From positions 124,001 through 188,000 of the forward strand of contig OZ218961.1 of assembly GCA_965112735.1 (NCBI GenBank): a stretch of 64,000 bases of DNA, read 5' to 3'. Position numbers and translations under genes: made by a program. Numbering within the stretch: the first letter of the stretch is position 1; each line of letters begins with the position of its first letter. Of the stretch, positions 54,727 through 64,000 are shown piece after piece. Source of the stretch: Phaeosaccion multiseriatum (lineage: Eukaryota > Protista > Ochrophyta, other classes). Under the pieces are notes generated by a model. The model was given only the letters and a program-made list of their open reading frames with translations, searched no databases and was not told the origin of the DNA.

Positions 54727-57700
54727 CTCTGCTTGTGTGGGCAGGGCAGTAGTAGCGGACTCGCCTCTCCTGCTACGTGTGTGGGGGACAGTTTTTTCTC
54801 CCTGAATTGAACTCCTTCCACCTGGGGTCTCTCACTCACCTACACGCACCCCCCTCCCCAACAGATGCATGGCTCTGGCACCCACCTGGCCCAAGAGCCA
54901 CTCCCGCCTCGGCGCCGCTCAGCACGCGCTGGGCCGCTTCGACGCTGCCGTGCAGACGTGCAAGGACGGCCTCAAGCTAGACCCGGACAACACAGGTAGA
55001 GAGAGGGAGAGGGAGAGATGTGGATAGAGGGAGAGAAAGGGTACAGGAGAACAAAAAAAAGGGATGGAGGAGAGAGGGGGGGAGATATGGATAGGGGGAG
55101 GTGCTGAAACTCGAATGTGACTCTGTGCTTACCCTCACCTTCACGCCTCACGGCTGTCCTGACACCTCAGTCTCTGCTGCTCTCCTCTCTGTGGCTCTGC
55201 TGCTCTCCTCTCTGTCCTGCCTTCTTTTCCAACCCCCCTTCTTGTCTCCTCCTATCCATCTGCCTTGTGCCCCCTTATCCTCTATCCTCTACCTCCTATC
55301 CATCTGCTCTTTGCCCTCTGTATTTCCTCTTGGTATCCTCTATCATCTACCTCCTTCCTATCCACCTTCTCTCCTCCTATCCATCTTCTCTCAGGGCTGC
55401 AACAAGCACTAGAGGCCGCCAAGGAGGGGCAGGAGGGGGAGAGGAGAGCGAGATGGGCGAAGGCAGCCAGAGACAGGGAGGAGGAGGAGAGGGAGAAAGG
55501 TGAGCAGCGGGGAGAGAGAGGGGGGGGGGGGGGCGAGAAGGAGAAGCGAAGAGGAGTGGAGAGGGGGAGACGGGGAAGAGAGAGACGTGAGCTGAGGAGA
55601 GAGACAGGGGGGGGGGGAGGAGGAGAGGGAACGAGAGGAACGGAGAGACCACCAATGGCTGTACCACCAACTGCCCAACTGCGGCGGTTGCGCAGGAGAG
55701 GGGCGCCGTGCACAGACCGTTTCTCTGATTCTCAAGTACCATGACCCGTGTGTGTGTGCGTGCGTGTGTATGTGCGTGTGTGTGTATGTGTGGATGTGTG
55801 CGGGCGCGTGCGTGTGTGTGCATGTGTGCGCGTGTGTGTGTGTTGTGTGTTGTGTGTGCATACATGTGTCCGCATATGCGTGTGTGTTTGTGTGTGCTGC
55901 TTTGGCCAACAGAGCGGCGAGCCAAAGCCGCGGCTGATGCCAAGGTCGAGGCGGAGAGGGTCGCCAAAGAAGAAGCACTCAAAGTCGACCCTCTGAGCAG
56001 CTTCTTCACTGACATAAGCGGGGACGTGCAGAAGGCCACCGAGCAGGTGGGTGGAGGCATACGGGGGGATGGCAGTGGAAGGGTGGGTGGAGGTAAACGG
56101 GAGGGGCAGCAGTGGATGGATGGAGGCATACTGGCGGATGGCAAGGGATGAATGGATGAATGGATGGACGCATAGGCCGTGCACATGCTGCCATCTCTGC
56201 TGGCCTCTGCCCATATGCCTCCCCCTCTCGCCAGTACCAGAATGAAGCCTCTCTGCCTCGCCCCCCTCAGCTCTAGGCGGGGTTAAGGCCCCTAATCTAA
56301 CCGTCCTCCCTCCCTCCCTCCCTCCCTCCTCCCTGCCTCCCTCTCCTCATCCCTCTCCCACCCTCCAATGCAGGTGCTGACGGAGCAGAAGGCCGCGACG
56401 GAGAAGTACGCATCCCAATCGCTCGGCACCTCTTCGGCCCAAATGGACCGGCTGCTCTCCGCCAATTACAAGGTAGCATCTTATGGCAGTGGATGGGATG
56501 GTAGAGGCATATAGGCAGTAGATGGCAGTGGATGGCAGAGGGTAGAGACCAATGCACTGTATGTGACAGGTGCTAGGAAATCCTTTGTGTATCATGTACC
56601 ATCCATTGCCATCCACTGCCACAGCCCCTTCCTGGCCCTGCCACCCCTCCCATCCACTGCCACAAACTTACGCCCTCCCCACCCCCTGCCATCCGCTGCC
56701 ATCCCCTGCCATCAACACCCCCCCCAAGTGGAAGAACCTGAACCCGTTCCTCGTGCTTCAGCTCGACACGGACGCGTCCACAGAGGACATCAAGCAGCGC
56801 TACCGCAAGGTACCTTTCTTTACAATATCCCTCCTCCCTTCCTTCCTTCCTTTCTTTCTTTCTTTCTTTACAGTATCCTTCCTTCCTTCCTTAACGGGCC
56901 GTGTTCTGTGCTCACCGTTGAGTGCGTTAACGCCGTATTTTTACAAAAAATCCTTCCTTCCTTCCTTAACTAGCGTTCTCCATCCCATCGATTGCCATCC
57001 CATCTCATCTACTGCCATCCCACCTCATCCCAAGGTAACTTCCCTCCTCCCTCCCTTAATCCCTTCCACTGCCATCCCACGTCGTCTTTCCTCATCCACT
57101 GCCATCCGCAGCTGTCTGCACTTGTGCACCCGGACAAGCAGCTTGACGAACCGAGGGCCCGGGATGCCTTCGAGGAGGTCAAAAAGGCCTACCAGGTGAG
57201 GCAATACTTATGCTTATGTAGTCCAATCTGTATGCTTATGTAGGGCTGCGCAGTGCAATACGTATGCTTTTGTAAGCTTAGAAGGGTTAGAAGTGTCATG
57301 TAGGAGTGAGGTATATGCCCCTCTCTTACGCCCCCACCACCTACCTCTCTCTCCCTCTCCAACCCTCTGCATGGCATGCCTCTTATCTCTTCTCTCTTTG
57401 TGTGTGTCTTTCCCTCTCTCTCTTCTCTCCTCTCACTCTTCTCCCTCTCTTCTCTGTGTGTGTGTCTCTCTCTCTCTTTTCTCTCTCTCTCTCCTCTCAC
57501 TCTTCTCTCTCTCTCTTTCTGCAAGGCGCTGATGGACGAGAACAGGCGCAAGACTCTGGCGGCGATCATCGCAGCGGTGCGTGCCCGAGTCAAGAAGGAG
57601 AGGCGTGTGCTGCTGGAGAAGGGCATGCAGGCTCAGGCACTGCTAGAGAGGAGCGGATCGGAGGAGGCGCACACCAATAAGGCGCTCATGAAGGAGGTGG

Positions 57701-58460
57701 GTAGAGGTATATGGGTAGAGGCATACGGGTAGAGGCATATGGGTAGAGGCATATGGGTAGAGGCATATGGGTAGAGGCATATGGGTAGAGGCATACGGGT
57801 AGAGGCATACGGGTAGAGGCATACAGGTGGAGGCATACGGGTAGAGGCATACGGGTAGAGGCATACGGGGTAGAGGCATACGGGTAGAGGCATACGGGTA
57901 GAGGCATACGGGTAGAGGCATACGGGTAGAGGCATACGGGTAGAGGCATACGGGTAGAGGTATACGGGTAGAGGCATACAGGTCGAGGCATACAGGTAGA
58001 GGTATACGGGTAGAGGTATACGGGTAGAGACATACGGGTAGAGACAGGCGGGTAGAGGCATACGGGTAGAGACATACGGGTAGAGGCATACGGGTAGAGG
58101 CATACGGGTAGAGACATACGGGTAGAGGCATACGGGTAGAGGCATACAGGTAGAGGCATACGGGTAGAGGCATACAGGTAGAGGTATACGGGTAGAGGCA
58201 TACGGGTAGAGGCATATGGGTAGAGGCATACGGGTAGAGGCATACGGGTAGAGGCATATGGGTAGAGATAGCTCGGAGGGGGCGCACACCAACAAGGCAC
58301 TCATGATGGAGTTAGGGATGGTAGCGGATGGAGTTAGGGATGGTAGTGTAGTGGATGGGGTGGGGCCGTGCATACATACACACGGAACACACACATGCTC
58401 ACACTCACCTACATCGACAAGGAAGAGAGATGGGTAGAGGCACACAGAGAGAGAGAGACA

Positions 58461-58493
<33 letters not shown>

Positions 58494-60693
58494 CAGAAAG
58501 ACAGAGATTCGCGTGTCCCCACCTTCCGCGCCCTCGGAGGCCTTCGCCATATGCTTCCATGCTGCTCCGCTGAATGCCATTGCCCCCTGTGCTTCAACTT
58601 CCTGCTTTTTACCCTGCCGTGTGGTGCCATCTGCTACTGCCATCTGCTGCCATCTCAGTTCGCGGACCAGGAGCTGCGAAGGAGAGAGATTGAAAAGCAC
58701 CGCCAGGCGCAGAAGAAGAGAGAACGGTGCGCAGGGGGCTGGGGAGGGGGGGGGTGTCAGGACAGAGGTGTCAGGACAGAGGCGTGAGGAGTGAGGGGTG
58801 AGAAGTAGGAGGTGTCAGGACAGAGGTGTCAGGACAGAGGTGTCAGGACAGAGGTGTCAGGACAGAGGTGTCAGGACAGAGGTGTCAGGACAGAGGTGTC
58901 AGGACAGAGGTGTCAGGACAGAGGTGTCAGGACAGAGGTGTCAGGACAGAGGTGTCAGGACAGAGGTGTCAGGACAGAGGTGTCAGGACAGAGGTGTCAG
59001 GACAGAGGTGTCAGGACAGAGGTGTCAGGACAGAGGTGTCAGGACAGAGGTGTCAGGACAGAGGTGTCAGGACAGAGGCGTGAGGAGTGAGGGGTGAGAA
59101 GTAGGAGGTGTCAGGACAGGGGTGAAATGTGAGGGGAAGGGGGTGAAGAACGAGGGGCGAGAGACCAAAGGCCGGCGGGCTGCTCTGCACTGCCCAGGAG
59201 GAGCTCTGCCTCCCACGCCGTTCGGACATCGAAAGGAGAAGACTTGCGTTGCGGCCTCGAGCCATGCACTGCCATCCCCCCCCTTTCCCCTCTCCTCTTC
59301 GCTGCCATCCATCCACTGCCATCCACTGCTGTCCATCCACTGCCACTCACTGCCGTCCAACCACTGCTGTGCACTGCCATAACCATCTTCGAGCCCTTTG
59401 TCTGCTGATTTGGCTGAACGAACCTTCCCTTATCCACTGCCACCCCTCCCCCCTCCCCATCCACTGCCATCCCTCCATCCTTAGGGACCAAGAGGAGGAG
59501 GAGAAGACAAAGCTCAAGAAGTCCTTTGAACACGAGAAGGTGAGAAGTTGAGAAGGTGGGGTGCGGTAGGAAGAGAATGGCAGTGGATGGTGTAAGAGAA
59601 TGGCAGTGGATGGTGTAAGAGAATGGCAGTGGATGGTGTAAGAGAATGGCAGTGGATTGTGTAAGAGAATGGCAGTGGATGGTATAAGAGAATGGCAGTG
59701 GATGGTGTAAGAGAATGGCAGTGAGAATGGCAGTGGATGGTGTACGAGAATGGCAGTGGATGGTGTAAGAGAATGGCAGTGGATGGCGTAAGAGAATGGC
59801 AGTGGATGGTATAAGAGAATGGCGGTGGATGGTAACTGAGAATGGCAGTGGATGGTGTAAGAGAATGGCAGTGGATGGTACAAAAGGATGGCAGTGGATG
59901 ATATTGCAAGCCATGGCCCTCTCTCTCTCCCTGTCCCCCTCCCTCTTTCTCTCCCTTTCTATCTCTTTTTCTCCCTCTCTCTCCCTCGCTCCCTCCCTCC
60001 CACTCTCTCCCTCTCCCTCTCCCTCCCTCCTTCTTGTCGATACCCCCACCCTTCTCCCTGCGATGCCCTGACTCGTGACCCTTGTCCTCCCGTCTGCCCT
60101 TCCCCCCTCCCATCCGTGTACTTGTGTGTGTGCGTGTGCGTGCGTGTGTGCGTGCGTGTGTGCGTGCGTGTGTGCGTGGCAGGCTTGGCGGGAAGAGAAC
60201 CGCAGGGAGGACCGTGTGGGGAATTGGAGGGACTTCAACACAAAGGTAAGGAAGGTGTCGTGTCATGCCCTTACGTTAGGGGGGATCTCCCATGTGAGGG
60301 GGGATTCAGCGGCCCCTCAGCGACACACTCTCAGCCACACCCCCTCCACACCCCCTCCTCCCTTCTCCGTCTCCCGTCCCCTCCTGCCCTTCCCTCCCTT
60401 CTCTTCCCCTCCCCTCCTCCCCTCCCCTCATCCCCTCCACCTGCTCCCTTCGTCCGCTCTTCTCCGACCCCTCTGTTGTGATGCTAACGCTGCCTGAACA
60501 AAACAATACATAACATCAACATACCATAACATCACATAACTTTGTATAACATGAATAGGGCAAGAAGAAGGCCAAGACGGGTGCCACGTCGACAAAGATG
60601 TGGAAGGAGGAGCAGCGCTCGGAAGAAGAGAAGAGCAAGACACAGGGGGGCGCCAACAATCTAGACACCGCATATAGAAAGAACTGGAAGTGA
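54321..60693 (+). CDS. TPR (STI1-like) and DNAJC8/Spf31-like J-domain co-chaperone
   Basis: TPR motif [12 protein letters not shown]...[11 protein letters not shown]...SNRSAAY. J-domain [10 protein letters not shown]...[16 protein letters not shown]...[14 protein letters not shown]8-like tail [12 protein letters not shown]. 12 exons, stop at 60693. Confidence 0.88.
57699..58267. repeat. 14-bp minisatellite (GGGTAGAGGCATAC/T), about 40 copies
   Basis: Starts immediately after the donor at 57697. Confidence 0.95.
58753..59119. repeat. 14-bp minisatellite (GGTGTCAGGACAGA), more than 20 copies
   Basis: Directly visible in the 5' part of the intron. Confidence 0.95.
59571..59900. repeat. 23-bp minisatellite (GTAAGAGAATGGCAGTGGATGGT), about 13 copies
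   Basis: Directly visible in the 5' part of the intron. Confidence 0.95.
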
Positions 60694-60862
60694 GAGCGAG
60701 GCGAAGGGGAGCGAAGTGAGTAAGTGAGCTTTCTAAGAGACAAGTGAGGAGTGAGAGAAGTGAGAAAGGGTGGGAGGGAGCGGAAGTGCCGGGGCGTATG
60801 GGAAAGTGCGGCAGAGAGAGAGAGAGCGGAGCGAGGGCGAGGTGGGGGAAGGGGCGAGGAAC

Positions 60863-60969
<107 letters not shown>

Positions 60970-61884
60970 TTCCTCACTGTCTGTGGGGTAGTCTCGAGGT
61001 CTCCCTTCTTCCTTCCTGCCCTGCATTTTGTATGCACGAGAGGAGAGGCACATGGCACCTGACGGCGGCGCTTGAGGAGGCGGGACAGGAGACCCAAATA
61101 GAGACCCAAGCTGACCCACATGGATGGGAGGACCTCTTGGATTGCCACTCGCCGTCTTCAACTTGTGCTTCCCCTGTCCTCGCTAGCTAGACTCGCTGGC
61201 CCCGCCATCTTCCAGGCCAGGCATGTTTCTGTGCATTAGGGCCATCAGCGAGGCAGTACGGTGCATTATGGCCGTCAGCTCAGGTGCTTATTAAACCTAT
61301 ATACAATAGTAAAAGGTAGGTACACTTCACACAATAGCACAATTGTGTACTCTCTGATCTTCTCTTAACATATTATTATATACTTCGCAGTATATACGTA
61401 CGAGACGTATCGCTCCACTATACGCCTTGGCAAGTGCTGTATGCTTATGTAAGCTTATCTATTGCTATACACCTTACTTTTACTCTCTTTCAGGGGATGA
61501 CTTTGTGGTGTCCGCAACAGACCCCATCCACTGCCATCCCCTCCCCTGAATGGATCGCTGTCTCCTTCCTCCCTATCTTCTCTCTACCCACTCTGCTCTA
61601 CTCTACCACTGATGTATGTACACGATGGATGGCAGTAAGTGACAGTGGCAAGCTTCGTTTCTAAGATGTAAGATGTGCGTGCGTGCGTGTGTGTGTGCGT
61701 GTGTGGTAGTCAAGGTGACTGATTCTTCTTTCCCTCCCTCCCCACCCGAGCAGCGCTTATATCCGTCCGCACACAGACGGCTTCTTCTTCTTCCTCCCCC
61801 TCCTCCTCCTCCTCCTCCCTCCCTCCCTCCTCCTCCTCCTCCTCTCTCCCTCCCTCCCTCCTCCTCCTCCTCCTCCTCCTCCTC

Positions 61885-63847
61885 CTACTGTGTTTCCACC
61901 TCATCCCCGCCCCCTTCCCCTGCCATCCCCTCCCCTTCCACTGCCATCCCCTGCTCCTCCTGCAGCCTCTCCATGTCCTCTGAATAGCTTGCCAGCACTT
62001 TGTCCAATCTTCCAATCGCTCCGCCGACCACATCTGGCAGCAGTCTCGACATATCCATCCACAGAGGACGCACCACGAAGGTGAGGAAATCGCATTGGAG
62101 AGAGAGCTGACGGATCGGTACCTCCAGCCCCTTCCGATTCGGTGTGATTTTGACGGTTACAGAAGTGTGGGGTGAGGAAGGACGGAACGTGTTGCTCGTT
62201 GGTTAGGGGTTTGTAATGCGTTGGTTGGTTTGATGTGGCCGGTTTGGGGTTCAATGAGGTGGGGGTGGGGGACTACTGCGTGATTGGCACACAACACATT
62301 GACGCACATATACAGACAACATACATACACGCACGCACGTACACATAGCCATGGTCTTAACCAAACGCTTAGCCTTTAACTTAACGCAAGCTTAACCTCC
62401 TTCCCCTGAACCAAAACTTAAACCACCATACTGTATGGTAGGGACCTTAACATTATCGTTAACCATAGCGTTAACGCACATACCTGCATGTGAGCGGGCA
62501 CCGGCAGGCCCGCGCTCCTGGCCATGTCGGCTTGGAGCATGAACTCGAGATTGACACGCTCACCCCACTCCTTGGCCAGGCGGGGCACCATCGTTAACGT
62601 GCTCAGGTCACCTGTTGGTCATTCATGTTGGTGATACAGAGGGGGGGGAGGAGAGGGGGGAGGGGAGGGGAGGGGAGGGAGAGGAGAAGAGAGGGGTCAA
62701 TATCATCCATCCACCCACTGCCATTCATCCATTACCATCCATCCACTGCCATCCATCCAGTACCTGCGTGCACGACGACGTTGAACATGTTGAAGAGCAC
62801 AGGGGCACCCGTGATTTTCGATTTGGCCCCCGGAGCAAGCTCACTCACGCTCTGAGCCTCGCCCAGCAGCTGCGTAAGTCAAGAAATATCGGCACGTAAG
62901 GAGTGCGTAAGGGTCATGAAGGATGCGATGGTGCTGGAGAAAGTACCCACTGCGGGGGTCCTCCCTCCCTCCCTCCCTCCCTCCCTCTTTCCCTCCCCAT
63001 ATACCTCCACTCACCCGGCACATCTCCATATGATGGGTCATGTCAGTTCCAAGTATGCAGGAAACGATGAGGCGCTTCGCTCGTGCGGTCTCCGCCGGCC
63101 CGAGCAGCTTCAGAACATTGTTGGGCTCGCTGCACTGACCAGACCTGCCAGAGCTGCACAAATGACCGCCGCTGCTGCCGCTGCTGCCGCTGCTGCCACT
63201 GCTGTCGCTGCTGCTGCTACTGATGCCCGTATGACTACCGCTGCTGCTGCTGTCTCCTGTCTGATTGCCCATATGACTGCCCATATGACTGCCCATTAAA
63301 CTGCTACTGCTGCATGGTGTCAGGGTCCCAAAAGTCTTGGCCTTCAAGATGTTGCCCGTAAGTATCCTGCTGCCTGGAGCATGAGCCTTGGCCATGATGA
63401 TCTTGAAGGTTTCCGATATGTGGTGCCGCTCCAGCACGGAGTCGTCGCTGTACCGCATCGCCAGCTGTGAGTGGGAGGAGGGGGGAGCACCATACCACCC
63501 ATGATCAAGTTGGTGTCAGATGGAGGTGGCATATGTGTAGGATAGGTGGGCAGGTAGGTAGGTAGGCAGGTAGGTAGGTGGGTAGGTGGGCAGGAAGAGC
63601 GTTGGCAGTGGAACGCGAGAACGAACCGGGGGGGGGGGGGGGAGAGGGCATGAGAACAGAACCCAAACCTCGCTCTCAGCCACTGTGCATTCCAAAACGA
63701 GTGTGTCCCGCATGCCTCTAAGATGCCTCCATGATCCTATACCCCTACGTACCCTTACGTACTACCCTTCCTTACCTCGCTCTCTATTTGCATGGAGAAT
63801 TCGTTGGTGTGTCCGGGGTGGTCAATGTCGTGACACAGAGCCGCCAC
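61885..63847 (-). CDS. Class I 3',5'-cyclic nucleotide phosphodiesterase, C-terminal part; the 5' end lies beyond the window
   Basis: Motifs AALCHDIDHPGHTN, LAMRYSDDSVLERHH, ILGTDM, VHAGDLS, EFMLQAD and QCDFLTFVVRPLW. Confidence 0.9.
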
Positions 63848-64000
63848 CTGTGAGTCAGGATTCAGGTGTATCACCACATAGCAGAGGTGTGTTCACAGGC
63901 ATATGGTCGTTTGGTGGATGGGTAGATACGTAGGAAGGGTATCACAGGCATACGGGTAGAGGAGTTAAGCACATCGACATCGATATTTGTTCGATTGATA

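Noticed and set aside
61885-63847. Functional clustering of the PDE with the cNMP-PTOX gene
   Set aside because: They are 30 kb apart with unrelated genes between them, so chance is sufficient.

Overview
Eukaryotic, intron-rich nuclear DNA. It most likely comes from a photosynthetic alga with a secondary red plastid such as an ochrophyte; this is inferred from three bipartite signal-peptide plus 'A^F/A^W' plastid-targeting presequences. Most of the supplied six-frame ORFs are microsatellite artefacts. Manual GT-AG splicing recovers 12 genes: an HCF173-like NAD(P)-binding/CIA30 protein (3' partial), a PPEF/rdgC-type phosphatase, a UBC-like (UEV)-PP2C fusion, an unknown plastid protein, a cNMP-binding domain-PTOX fusion, an FkbM methyltransferase, a GT-B-like/sulfotransferase fusion, HYPK, IMP3, an internally duplicated prolyl-4-hydroxylase-like protein, a TPR-DNAJC8-like protein, and a class I cyclic-nucleotide phosphodiesterase (5' partial). 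Ten of these genes form five head-to-head pairs. The most striking non-coding signal is a set of at least four dispersed 10-16 nt motif families with consistent polarity relative to transcription. The G-rich form lies just downstream of 5' splice sites and in 3' UTRs. The reverse-complement C-rich form lies just upstream of 3' splice sites and sometimes supplies them. These motifs also seed tandem arrays and appear in coding sequence. Several introns are bounded by duplicated splice-site sequence, suggesting intron gain by duplication. All gene models are hand-spliced and untested against RNA or databases.
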